Shown here: positions 18,255 to 27,383 of the stretch, one piece after another | Position numbering within the stretch: position 1 is the stretch's first letter | How the letters are laid out: each line of letters begins with the position of its first letter | Source of the DNA: a virus | Virus record (IMG/VR): IMGVR_UViG_3300044713_000194 | Coordinates: 1 to 64,000 of that record | DNA length: 64,000 nt | Reading direction: 5' to 3' (one strand) | Notes under the pieces: model-generated | What the model was told of the DNA's origin: nothing | The model's database searches: none | Seen by the model: the letters and a program-made list of their open reading frames with translations, nothing else | Position numbers and translations under genes: made by a program

Positions 18255-19837
18255 AGGTCCACCTTACTTGCCGAGTTCAGTTCCACGTCGAACTGACCGC
18301 TGGCGTACTTGATGTCCTCCTGTTTTGCCGAAGCGCTCATCTCAAACTCGGCCAGCATTCCGTGGCCGTCCGTAGGTGCGCCGGAGGCGACGCGATGATT
18401 GGTCTTGACTTTATCCATGCCTGGAAATGCAAGCAGCGTGCCTCCCGTGAAGCCGCAGTGCATGCCCCGACGATAAGTGCAGGATGCGCACTTCGCCAAG
18501 CCCACGATACTGTTTGAGGTTGCGAGCTTGTTTTGAAGTTGAGTGCAGTCGATCTGGGTGAGGGCTACCTTGGTGTTCGATCCCTTGAGCCCAGCAACAA
18601 ATTTCTTGACCGCCGCCTTCGCTTGGGCCGCACCCACGATGGCGGACGCCTGCTTGTAGATCGCCCGCACCGACTGCCCGGCGTTGTGCAGTTTAAGGGC
18701 GTCGGCTGCGGTGAAACTGCCTTCCTTTTGAGCCGCCTGACGGGTCGAGTTAGTGCGTATCGAGGTTGCCTCGGTGTTGCGGACGTACGGCGCATCCACA
18801 CTGGCCTGCTTTGTTTCCACCGCAGGCCGGGAAGTTTCACGATTATGCTGTGAGACCAGGGAAGCCTTCTTGGCCGCCGCGCCCTTCACCCCGGAGGTGA
18901 GGTTGTTGATAATCGGCAGTAGTTCCGACTGGTTGGCAACGATCGGAAGGCGATAGAGGTTACAGCGCTTTTGACCGGCGCTCTTCGAGAAGTGCTGGCA
19001 GCCGGTGCAGGCCACAACCTGCTTGACACTCGCCGCCCGCACGCCGCCGAGCTTCTGTTGCATACGCTCGTAGGTTGCCGGGCAGTTCTCCATGTAATGG
19101 TTGGGTTCAAGGAAGGAGAAACCGACCACACCGGCATCGTTCTTGAGCTTGTCATAGGCGAACTGCTTGTTGAAACTCTGAATCTCGGCCAGCTTCTTCA
19201 ACTTTTGCTCGACATCTTTCGGGGTTATGCCGTCGTTCAACAAGCCGGTAATGTAGTCACCGACTTCATCATCGCTCATTTTCCGCTCCGCCAGGATCTC
19301 CTCCGTCGAGGCGGTCTTTGCGGCCACTTTTTTACCACCGAGAAGCGCGGCGTACTCGTGTGAAGCAGCGAACGACTGGAGTGTCTTCAGATCGGCGCGA
19401 ACCTGTTTCGCCCAGCCGGGCACCAGATCGGGATCGGAGTAGTCCGCCAGCTTGGTTGCACCGTCTTGCTTCATCTGCGCGGGCGTCTTGGCCGCCACGC
19501 GGCGGAGACGATTGACGGCGGCAAGTACCGTGCTGGGAAACTTCTCGCTGGCGATCTTCAAACCGCCTGTGGCGCTGATTCCGATCGTGGTGCTGGCCCA
19601 CTTGATCGCGGTGCCGATGTCGCCCAAATCCCCTTTGTGCCGCTGACTTGCTACTTTGAGCGCAGCTTCGGCCAAAGAGTCTTCGCCGGTAGCGGCCTGG
19701 ATTGCAGCGGTACGCGCCGTCTGTACGGTACCGCCCATGTCAAGAAAGGTGTCGGCAAGCTGGGCGTTGGCGGTTTTGCTACCGGTGCCCCGGCGGGGTT
19801 CGTTAAGAATTGCGTCCAAAATGTTCGCGTGTGCCAT
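18251..19837 (-). CDS. Putative virion protein, KxA-rich, with two Cys clusters
   Basis: KTAN, KVAS, KIAS, KTAS, KQAS motifs; CTGCQHF...C and CASCTY...HC. Confidence 0.7.
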   Translation of the reverse strand: MAHANILDAILNEPRRGTGSKTANAQLADTFLDMGGTVQTARTAAIQAATGEDSLAEAALKVASQRHKGDLGDIGTAIKWASTTIGISATGGLKIASEKFPSTVLAAVNRLRRVAAKTPAQMKQDGATKLADYSDPDLVPGWAKQVRADLKTLQSFAASHEYAALLGGKKVAAKTASTEEILAERKMSDDEVGDYITGLLNDGITPKDVEQKLKKLAEIQSFNKQFAYDKLKNDAGVVGFSFLEPNHYMENCPATYERMQQKLGGVRAASVKQVVACTGCQHFSKSAGQKRCNLYRLPIVANQSELLPIINNLTSGVKGAAAKKASLVSQHNRETSRPAVETKQASVDAPYVRNTEATSIRTNSTRQAAQKEGSFTAADALKLHNAGQSVRAIYKQASAIVGAAQAKAAVKKFVAGLKGSNTKVALTQIDCTQLQNKLATSNSIVGLAKCASCTYRRGMHCGFTGGTLLAFPGMDKVKTNHRVASGAPTDGHGMLAEFEMSASAKQEDIKYASGQFDVELNSASKVDL

Positions 19838-19847
19838 GCAGCCGTCC

Positions 19848-20168
19848 TTAGAAGGTGAGATCGTTCAGTACTGCGCTCAAAAAGCCGCTCGGGTTACCGC
19901 GCGGAGCGGCCTTAAGACTCTCGCCGTTGTCCACCTCGGTCACTGTTAGGCGCATGATCTTGCCGTTCTTCACCGCCCAAAAATCCTTGGTGCTGGGGCA
20001 CTCATAGATGTTTCCGGCGCGGCGCACCAGACCCATTGAAGCAATTTTCTTCTGGACGTCGCCCGAAAGGGAGGCCGTCTTGGGAAGATGGTTCGATGAA
20101 GGAGCCACGGCACGGTCACCCTCATTCATCCCGATCGTGTGTCCAGTCATGTGGTGTGTCCGCTTCAT
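19848..20168 (-). CDS. Hypothetical (virion-associated) protein
   Basis: 106 aa with KTAS/KIAS; late-type motif upstream at 20222-20245. Confidence 0.65.
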   Translation of the reverse strand: MKRTHHMTGHTIGMNEGDRAVAPSSNHLPKTASLSGDVQKKIASMGLVRRAGNIYECPSTKDFWAVKNGKIMRLTVTEVDNGESLKAAPRGNPSGFLSAVLNDLTF

Positions 20169-20193
20169 CGACCCAACCTCCTGGGTAACTTCT

Positions 20194-20218
20194 GACTGTC
20201 GAAACCATTAATGAAGAC
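20194..20218 (+). promoter_or_regulatory. Late-type promoter motif (plus strand)
   Basis: GACTGTCGAAACCATTAATGAAGAC upstream of the only plus-strand gene in this block. Confidence 0.5.
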
Positions 20219-20260
20219 AGTCTCTTCTATAGGGATTGAAAAGTCAGAAAGGCTTAGGTT

Positions 20261-20647
20261 ATGAATTTCAGCAACTTTGACGTCTTTGTGAGCGCGGGTG
20301 TTGTGGGGGTCAGCAAGACGGACGCCGGAGCGGCGGATGCGGTACTTTACGGGGCCTGGATCGATATGGCGCGCTTCACAAATTGGTCTCTGCACGTTGT
20401 GAATCTGGAGTCCGATGGCGAAATTGACCTCTACGTGTCGAACGAGCCCTTCCAGCCCGCCAAGAACGTCCAGGACACGATTGCAGTGAAGCTGAATGTC
20501 AACCCAATCAAGAGCACTTCGGAGATTGCACACACCTTTTTCCAGGGTGGCGCGAACACGGCGCACTGGATGCAGGTGGTCAAGACCAACGGCGCAACCC
20601 CTCTCAATACTTTTGTTTACATTTTCGGCCAGTTGGGAGCGAACTAG
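20261..20647 (+). CDS. Hypothetical beta-rich protein in opposite orientation
   Basis: 128 aa with ATG and upstream motif; converges on hairpin 20718-20739. Confidence 0.7.
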   Translation: MNFSNFDVFVSAGVVGVSKTDAGAADAVLYGAWIDMARFTNWSLHVVNLESDGEIDLYVSNEPFQPAKNVQDTIAVKLNVNPIKSTSEIAHTFFQGGANTAHWMQVVKTNGATPLNTFVYIFGQLGAN

Positions 20648-20717
20648 GCTCGCAGTGAATTTCTGCCAGGGTCGCGTCCGGCTTTCCCCGCAGCCCTCGG
20701 GTACAATGGAGGGCAAG

Positions 20718-20739
20718 CGAGCCGCCTTTGGGCGGCTCG
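20718..20739. terminator. Hairpin between convergent genes
   Basis: CGAGCCGCC-TTTG-GGCGGCTCG. Confidence 0.55.
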
Positions 20740-20745
20740 TGCCGT

Positions 20746-21480
20746 TTAGCGGTTAGCCCGCGAAACGAAGACACTCTGAAATCCGGGATCGACCACGTTG
20801 ATCCGGAATTCCCCCAACAAAGGCGAATCGACACAGTACAGATTGCCCTGTTTGGCCATCTTGCGCTTCGAAAACCCTTGTCCCGACGCAGACGCCTTGT
20901 CGATCAAGTCAAAGATGTATGCGCCGAGCGCCCGGCTCCGCGTATCTTTGCTTTCGCTCAGCACCTTCGAAGCCTGGCTCATGACGCGGCGGATCTCGGG
21001 CCGGTGCAGCCGCAGAACCTCCGCCACACGTTGAAACGATCGCGTGCGAGCGTAAAGCTCCACAACTTCGGATAGGGGCTTTTCCAGAAGATTTTCCAAG
21101 TCGTGTTCAAGCAGAACCACGCGGAGCGCGGCGGCGGTTGGCGGTCCGAGCATGATAAACGTGCCCATCTTCTGCATCGCCTTGCGAATCCGTGCGCTGC
21201 ATAGAGTCTGAGTTGAACGGTGCAGGATGGCCAGGGTAGCCTGGGTCTTGGCTAGGACGTAGTAGCTCAAGAGAAGCTCCTGGTCCTCCTTCGACAGGTA
21301 CCGGAGATTCTTGAGGAACTCGCCGAAGTGCTCCTCTATATACGTCAAAACGTCTGACTCAGCCATGTCGGTCTGAGTTTCGAGGGAGATTGTCGCTCCC
21401 CCTTCTAATGCAGTTTCGTCATCAAGCAGCACCGAGCGCTGCGCTACGACAGCTTCGAAGAACAAGGAATTTTCTGGCAA
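20746..21480 (-). CDS. Sigma-70 region-4-like tandem HTH transcription factor
   Basis: LRYLSKEDQELLLSYYVLAKTQATLA...RIRKAMQKM and second HTH RSFQRVAEVLRLHRPEIRR. Confidence 0.6.
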   Translation of the reverse strand: MPENSLFFEAVVAQRSVLLDDETALEGGATISLETQTDMAESDVLTYIEEHFGEFLKNLRYLSKEDQELLLSYYVLAKTQATLAILHRSTQTLCSARIRKAMQKMGTFIMLGPPTAAALRVVLLEHDLENLLEKPLSEVVELYARTRSFQRVAEVLRLHRPEIRRVMSQASKVLSESKDTRSRALGAYIFDLIDKASASGQGFSKRKMAKQGNLYCVDSPLLGEFRINVVDPGFQSVFVSRANR

Positions 21481-21504
21481 ATGGGCCTCCGGGCGGACTT
21501 CCCC

Positions 21505-21518
21505 TTAAGAGGTAATAC
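21505..21518 (-). promoter_or_regulatory. GTATTACCYCTTRA motif
   Basis: GTATTACCTCTTAA upstream of 20746..21480; recurs at 33817-33830 and 47682-47695. Confidence 0.5.
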
Positions 21519-21585
21519 TCAAAGGGCGGCCTCATCGGCGAAAACGGACGGATGAAAATATGAAGCGGCGTATTTTGAGAACGAT

Positions 21586-22089
21586 TTAAAGCGCCGGTGT
21601 TTCTTCTGCGATCTCCGCATCCTCGGCGGCGTCTTCGTGGTTGGGCATGTCCTCGGCGGGTTCGTCGAGAGGGAGCCCGAAACGCTCTGCCATGGCTTCG
21701 ATACCCTGCACCGCTTCATCGATCTGCCCGTAAACAATGCTCAACGCTTCGCCAAGCTGTTCCGGCTCTTCATTTGCCAGGCGGCGTAGCGTACGTGCAT
21801 AATTGCGGCGGGCGGAAATGCGCTCCCGGATCGAAGCTGTCTTGCCGGGCTCGTTCAGATCGAGGTTCTCTTTCATCGCCCCGAAGTCACCGGCGATGCC
21901 CTTGAACACTTCTGCGATGTCACCGAACAAGCCAGCCAGTTCTTCGAGCGCGTTTCCGACCTCATGTGGCTCCGCCTCGGCAATTTTGCGGAGGCCTGCG
22001 GTCTTGTTGTTCAGCTTGGCGCGGCTGGCTTTGATGTGGGCCTGCATGCGCTTACGGGCCGTTTCGCGGGTTTGATTCTGATTGGCCAT
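21586..22089 (-). CDS. Helical protein with internal duplication (putative head protein)
   Basis: LRKIAEAEPHEVGNALEEL / LRRLANEEPEQLGEALSIV; KTAG, KTAS motifs. Confidence 0.7.
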   Translation of the reverse strand: MANQNQTRETARKRMQAHIKASRAKLNNKTAGLRKIAEAEPHEVGNALEELAGLFGDIAEVFKGIAGDFGAMKENLDLNEPGKTASIRERISARRNYARTLRRLANEEPEQLGEALSIVYGQIDEAVQGIEAMAERFGLPLDEPAEDMPNHEDAAEDAEIAEETPAL

Positions 22090-22098
22090 AGAGTCCCC

Positions 22099-23538
22099 TT
22101 AAACGTGGTTCATTCCCGGAATCTCCGGTGTGATAGTGCGCTTGGGCTGCTGCGTGTCCTCTTCGCCTTGATTTTGCTGAGAGATTTGAGGCGGAGTGTC
22201 CTGAGATTGAGTCTGAGCCTTGCCTTCGCTGTTTCCTTTACCGGCAAGGGATTCTTCTTGCTGGGAGACGTTTGGACTCTGCGGGGCTTGATCGACGACG
22301 GTGACAGTTGGGGTGTTGTTCGAATACGGCTGATGGGGGAGGATGCCGGTATCGTCCTGCGCGAGCACCAAGCCTGCTGCTACCGAGCGGCGTTCCTTGT
22401 TGACCTGACGCTTCTGCTGAATGACCTTCTGCTTGTTCTCGTAAGCCCGGGCCGAGTTCACAATTGCGTCGGCGATGTCGGTGCCACGAAGCGGATTGCC
22501 CTCCCAGGAAGCAAACTCCTGGATCAGCTTCGCCCAGTTCAGCATCGCGAACTTGAAGGTGTCATTGGTATAGGGCTGGCCGTCGCGACCGCGAAATTCT
22601 TTGGAGGCCACCAGTTCATCACGGATCTCCGAGCGATTTGCACCCTCGGCCACCTGCTTGGTGATGAAGTGCATGAGCTTGATGGTATTCTCGCGTAGAC
22701 CCTTTTTTTCAAGCCAGAAGTTGAACGCGTCGAGGAATTGATCGACCTCGTCGTCCGCCAACTTGGAATCCTCGGTGCTGACGCCGCGATCGTACTCGGT
22801 AGATAACACCTCGCCGTCGTAGAAGGTGTCATCTTCATCCTCACCGTCGCGGGTATTGTAAAGACTCTGTGTCGGCACGAGGCCCAATTCCCCTAGTGCT
22901 CCGACGCCCAGGGCTTTCTTCACGTAATGGACCGCTTCAGAGACATTCCGAGTGAAGAGCATGGTCAGGAATGCGGAGACCTTCTTGGCCAAGTCCTTGC
23001 CTTGAATGGCGGGGTGATTCTCGTCGAAGTGAGCGTGGGGAGAATGCTTGTCTAATAGACGAAGCTCGTAAAGCTGGTGAACGACCACCTCGCGGATCGC
23101 GTCGTCGATCAAATCCTCATCCTTGGTGAATTTGCGCAACACGGGGCCATACTTTGCTGTCAACCAGCGACCCCAGTTCATCGATGGGTCCTGAGGTAGT
23201 CCGGCTTGTTCGATCGCGGCGTTCACATAGGATGAAAGGGAGTTGTCGAAGGCCAAGATCCGATGAACGAGCCCGGCAACGCGTCGGATCGCGGGCGAAA
23301 GCGGCCTAAGAGCCGCAAGCTGACTGGCGGTGATCCATCGTTCGCCGCCGTTATGCGTGATACGCAGACGGATACCGTTGACGGAGGCACTCTTCCCCAG
23401 CACGCGGTGAATGGAGCCGCTTGCGCTGTGGATCGTCTCACCGGGCGTCACCGTCTTCATCAGTCGCGCGGTACGGAACGTAGCTGCAAGCTGACGAGGA
23501 TCGGCGATCTTGTCTAAAAGACTGGCCGTCAGGTTCAT
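22099..23538 (-). CDS. Hypothetical protein with possible sigma-like core
   Basis: 479 aa; DLIDDAIREVVV...FDE...KVSAFLTMLFTRN resembles sigma region 2; the fold call is tentative. Confidence 0.6.
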   Translation of the reverse strand: MNLTASLLDKIADPRQLAATFRTARLMKTVTPGETIHSASGSIHRVLGKSASVNGIRLRITHNGGERWITASQLAALRPLSPAIRRVAGLVHRILAFDNSLSSYVNAAIEQAGLPQDPSMNWGRWLTAKYGPVLRKFTKDEDLIDDAIREVVVHQLYELRLLDKHSPHAHFDENHPAIQGKDLAKKVSAFLTMLFTRNVSEAVHYVKKALGVGALGELGLVPTQSLYNTRDGEDEDDTFYDGEVLSTEYDRGVSTEDSKLADDEVDQFLDAFNFWLEKKGLRENTIKLMHFITKQVAEGANRSEIRDELVASKEFRGRDGQPYTNDTFKFAMLNWAKLIQEFASWEGNPLRGTDIADAIVNSARAYENKQKVIQQKRQVNKERRSVAAGLVLAQDDTGILPHQPYSNNTPTVTVVDQAPQSPNVSQQEESLAGKGNSEGKAQTQSQDTPPQISQQNQGEEDTQQPKRTITPEIPGMNHV

Positions 23539-23551
23539 CGGTTTCCTGTCA

Positions 23552-23755
23552 TCAATCCAGAATCGGGTTATTCGGGTCCCAGGACTGGCTCTTGTCTTCC
23601 TTCAGAACCGCATCGACGGTCGCCAGATACTCTTCGTGATCCTCGAACGCCTGCGGGTCTTCACCGGCGGCGGCAACCTTCACATTCAGGCGTGAAGCCT
23701 CGTGCTGAAGGAGATGGTTCATTGCAGCGGCGTCAACTTTGGCAAGTTTGCTCAT
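23552..23755 (-). CDS. Small hypothetical protein
   Basis: MSKLAKV... with AAGGAG RBS; KVAAA motif. Confidence 0.65.
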   Translation of the reverse strand: MSKLAKVDAAAMNHLLQHEASRLNVKVAAAGEDPQAFEDHEEYLATVDAVLKEDKSQSWDPNNPILD

Positions 23756-23830
23756 CGTTTGCTCCTTGGCTGAGCCCAGATGGACTCCTAACAAGGAGGC
23801 CGATAGCTCATTTCTTGCAATTGGTGGGGT

Positions 23831-24376
23831 TTATGACTGGACGGTAACCACGATCGTGACCTGGACCTGCGCGGTTTCGCTCGAATCCAGCCCGAAAATG
23901 GTGAACCGATAGGTACCGGAGGAGTCGAAGGCGGGCGCATAGAGAATGCCGGAGTTGGACGAGGCGGACAGGAGCCCCGAATCGTAACCGTTGGTTCCGG
24001 TAATTCGGAAGAACGTGACACCCACGGCGCTCCAATAGAATGCCGTCGTTTGGCCGACCGTGCTTCCCAGGGGGGCCGCCAGAGTAACGGCAGGACTCGC
24101 CGGATCAGGAGTGTCTATAACGGAGGCGATCAAGGCGAAACCGCCCATAATCGCTGTAACTGGCGGCACAAATACGGTTATGGCCTCAACCGTCAATTGA
24201 TTAACATCAACACCCGATTGGGTGCCTTGAACGGCTTCGATCACCACCTGATTGACTTGGGTGACGGTCGGAACCAGAAGCAGGGCTTCCACCACGAGTT
24301 GGTTGATCTCGGCCTTGGCGTTCCCAGAAACTACGCCCTCTGCCGTCAACTGGTTTACGAGGGCATTGGTCGCCAT
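23831..24376 (-). CDS. Putative tail/virion protein
   Basis: Four VNQLxVE-like repeats then an Ig-like beta-rich C-terminus. Confidence 0.6.
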   Translation of the reverse strand: MATNALVNQLTAEGVVSGNAKAEINQLVVEALLLVPTVTQVNQVVIEAVQGTQSGVDVNQLTVEAITVFVPPVTAIMGGFALIASVIDTPDPASPAVTLAAPLGSTVGQTTAFYWSAVGVTFFRITGTNGYDSGLLSASSNSGILYAPAFDSSGTYRFTIFGLDSSETAQVQVTIVVTVQS

Positions 24377-24377
24377 G

Positions 24378-25460
24378 TCAGCTTGCTACCTCGACTCCGG
24401 CCTGCATCGCGTTGACCTCCGAGAAGCTCCAGTTATTGCCGGATGGGTCGAGATCGAATGGGGTCGTAAGAAAGTGAAAGCTGGTGCCGGGGGCTACCTG
24501 ACCGCTTGCGATTTCATTCCCGCTGATCGTGTCCTTGACATTATGGGTGAGGGTTCGGCCACCCGGCTGATCCTTCGTGGAGTAAGAAGACACCATGATG
24601 CCGTGGATCGTGCCCTGGTTTGGGAGAGATCCCAGGGTGTACATGTCCTTGGCCCCAACCGTGGAGGTTGAAATAAAGGTGGTGCCGTCGTTTGGCGGCA
24701 CGTCATCGACGCACTCCCAGTTGGCCGCAGCGCCGGTCGGCGTCCACTGTGTGCTCTCTCCCGGGCCGGTTGGGTACAAAGCCACTACGTGCACATCGCC
24801 CAGGAACGTGTTATTGACGGTGCCATTACCGTCGCAAACATATAGATCGTCGATGTTGTACCCGTCGCCCGACGACGGGAAGCCGTAGGGGTAACCGATT
24901 GTGATGTTGTTGACCGATGGGGTGTTGTCGAACGCCGTGTCAAGTCCTGAAAGACTGAGGACGGTAATGCCATTGATACGGACGATGATGGAACCGTTAT
25001 TGCCGGTCCCGGCAGTTCCCATGACGATCTGGAATTCAAGAAAGTTCCATGTACCGCCAAATGGAACCGCCGAAGAGGAAGTCCCCCACGTGGTACCGTG
25101 AATAAACTCATTGGACTGCACAAACGGGTTATAGCCGATCTGAATCTGACCCGTGGTCAAAACCAAAGCGTATATTTGCTGGTTCGTGTCGTCATTGAGA
25201 GAAAAGAGCGGCAGGGAGGCGTTGGCTTGAACCGCCTGAAATGCAAAACCGACAGTTACCTTACTCGTGGCCGGGAAAACCTTGTTGATGGACATCGATC
25301 CAATGGAACCACCGCGAACCGCCAGGCCTTGACCGCCGGACTCCCGCGCCGCACCGGATTCAATGGTGAGGCTGGCCCCATCCGTGGCGACGGTCACGGT
25401 GTCGTACTTATCGCCGAGGTTCACGTAGTGGTCGAAGCTGTCGCAGAAAAGAAGTGCCAT
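24378..25460 (-). CDS. Putative virion structural protein (lectin-like beta sandwich)
   Basis: MALLFCDSFDHY...IDDLYVCDG...FLGDVHV...NWECVDD...EVNAMQAG, a pattern typical of phage tail-associated proteins. Confidence 0.65.
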   Translation of the reverse strand: MALLFCDSFDHYVNLGDKYDTVTVATDGASLTIESGAARESGGQGLAVRGGSIGSMSINKVFPATSKVTVGFAFQAVQANASLPLFSLNDDTNQQIYALVLTTGQIQIGYNPFVQSNEFIHGTTWGTSSSAVPFGGTWNFLEFQIVMGTAGTGNNGSIIVRINGITVLSLSGLDTAFDNTPSVNNITIGYPYGFPSSGDGYNIDDLYVCDGNGTVNNTFLGDVHVVALYPTGPGESTQWTPTGAAANWECVDDVPPNDGTTFISTSTVGAKDMYTLGSLPNQGTIHGIMVSSYSTKDQPGGRTLTHNVKDTISGNEIASGQVAPGTSFHFLTTPFDLDPSGNNWSFSEVNAMQAGVEVAS

Positions 25461-25466
25461 GTAAAT

Positions 25467-25491
25467 CCCCTCTTATGAGGTTTTCGTAGTC
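25467..25491 (-). promoter_or_regulatory. Late-type promoter motif
   Basis: GACTACGAAAACCTCATAAGAGGGG (ACTW-N7-CYY-N5-RRR). Confidence 0.6.
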
Positions 25492-25493
25492 CC

Positions 25494-25877
25494 TCAGCGT
25501 CCCTGATCAGGGCGCTTGAACACGGAGGCCACATCGGAGAGGGTGCCGCCGCCCTTGTTGATCAAGTAAGGGGCATTGACAAAAGCAATGAGGGCAAAGA
25601 CGATGGCCGGAAGCGACGACAACCACACGCCGAGCGTCGCGCTATCGGTAACGCGGATCATGTGGTGTACAAAGACCGCCAGCAAAGTGAAGCACCCGAT
25701 CGCCAGCAAGAAGGTCAGTATTCGGGAAGAAGACGGCATTCCCTTGTCGGAAAACACCTGTTGGAGGAAACTTTTCCAAGGAAGCGCCGTAGGGGACACG
25801 GCGGTGACAGGTGTGGAGCCCGGCGCGGATGGCGGTACGGGCGCATCTTGGGTGGTATTTGGGTCGTTCGGGTTCAT
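25494..25877 (-). CDS. Two-TM membrane protein, holin-like
   Basis: SSSRILTFLLAIGCFTLLAVFV and LGVWLSSLPAIVFALIAFV. Confidence 0.55.
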   Translation of the reverse strand: MNPNDPNTTQDAPVPPSAPGSTPVTAVSPTALPWKSFLQQVFSDKGMPSSSRILTFLLAIGCFTLLAVFVHHMIRVTDSATLGVWLSSLPAIVFALIAFVNAPYLINKGGGTLSDVASVFKRPDQGR

Positions 25878-25919
25878 ATCGGCCTCAAAAGAGGCGCTTC
25901 AAAGTCCGGAACCCTTAAA

Positions 25920-27383
25920 TCACCGTGTCCAGCCGCTCACGGATGGGGTCGTCCCGCCTCCGGTCCCTCCACCGCCGCCACCGCTGATTTGAGCCTGAAT
26001 CGCGCCGACACTGATGTACGTTGTCGTCGATGGTCCGTAGGCACTTGGAAACCCGGCGTTCAATAGAAGAGTGCCTCCGCCCGCCGTTGCATTCAGGGCG
26101 AAGTTGTCGGAGCTTGGGTTTGAAAACGGATTCGCGGTCAATGTGATGTCGGCAAGGGTCGAAGGCGTCAACCCGGTGTTCGCATTCGCGTTGCTCCCGT
26201 AAGCGTTGGTCTCGCTACATCCGGGGATGTACAACTGGCTGGCGGAGGCTATGGCTCTGAAATTCCCGTAAAAAATGTTGTTTTGAAGGCAAATAGTGTT
26301 GCTGTTAAGACTGAGCGCCGTGTGAGCGGCATTGTAGAAAGTATTGTTGATGAAGAACTCGTACCCGCCATTGGTTATCTGCACGGCGGGGACAGTGGTA
26401 CTGGTTTCGTTGGCAAAGACGTTACCCGTTGCATGGATGAAAGCGCCACTCCCGCCGTTGTGGGGATTAACGTCGAAGGCATTCCCCTCGAAATAGTTGT
26501 TCGCAAGCACCATGGTTATTCCGTTGTTGCTGCTGTCACCCACGATGACCCCACCGGCGTTGTTCACAAACCATGAGTTGTAGATCAGAATGGCTCCCCA
26601 GTCGTCTTCTGCATCGTCAGTCTCATCGACGACCCCTCCTCCATCGGTCCCTCCACTACCGCAGCCGGTGGCATAAACATCGAACATGTACAAAGATCCC
26701 CCGTGATTTGTGGGGTAAATGCACGGACCGGCTGTAGTGTTCCCTTCTAATTCGACGTCAACGAGCACCATGACGGCGGAGCCCACATTGAAGAGCGAGG
26801 AAGTGCCACTCACAGTAATGACGGGCCTCGTACCGTAGTCGCCGTAGGCGGTGTTGTAGCCTTCAAGCACCGCATTGCTCAAAGTGACCGGACTGGTCAA
26901 TGTGTAAGTACCGTTCTTGAGAAACACGGTTTGCCAATTTCCGTTAGCTTGACCGAGCGCGGTCGGAATGGTAAGGAGTCCGCCGCCCAGGCTGCCTGTA
27001 CAGGTCGATGCGGCGGTACCCAAGGCGCGATCGACTGTGTATGTGCCGCTTGATTGGGAAAGGATCTCGTACCACCCGGTCGTGCAGCCACTGCCGCCAG
27101 TAATCTGGATTCCGTTGCCTGGATAGGCGGTGGTGGCCGGATGAGCCGAGCTAGTGAACGTGGATGTGGTTCCCCCAATCACAATGTCGGTGAAACTCAC
27201 CTGCGCTGCCGCCTGGTTCGAGTAGTCAGTGCCTGGCGCGGAGACTGAAGGATCAAAAAGCCCCCCATTACTATCGGAGCCGTCTGACCGAACATTCCAG
27301 TGAGCGGTCTGGTTCGGAGTCGCCCAGACCGACGCAGTACAAATCAAAAATAACGCGAATGCGACAATCTTCCTTAGCGACAT
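25920..27383 (-). CDS. Right-handed beta-helix (pectin-lyase-like) protein with Sec-type signal peptide
   Basis: MSLRKIVAFALFLICTASVWA; NNYFEGN, NVFAN, NNTFYN, NNIFYGN ladders; C-terminal VGAIQ. Confidence 0.7.
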   Translation of the reverse strand: MSLRKIVAFALFLICTASVWATPNQTAHWNVRSDGSDSNGGLFDPSVSAPGTDYSNQAAAQVSFTDIVIGGTTSTFTSSAHPATTAYPGNGIQITGGSGCTTGWYEILSQSSGTYTVDRALGTAASTCTGSLGGGLLTIPTALGQANGNWQTVFLKNGTYTLTSPVTLSNAVLEGYNTAYGDYGTRPVITVSGTSSLFNVGSAVMVLVDVELEGNTTAGPCIYPTNHGGSLYMFDVYATGCGSGGTDGGGVVDETDDAEDDWGAILIYNSWFVNNAGGVIVGDSSNNGITMVLANNYFEGNAFDVNPHNGGSGAFIHATGNVFANETSTTVPAVQITNGGYEFFINNTFYNAAHTALSLNSNTICLQNNIFYGNFRAIASASQLYIPGCSETNAYGSNANANTGLTPSTLADITLTANPFSNPSSDNFALNATAGGGTLLLNAGFPSAYGPSTTTYISVGAIQAQISGGGGGGTGGGTTPSVSGWTR

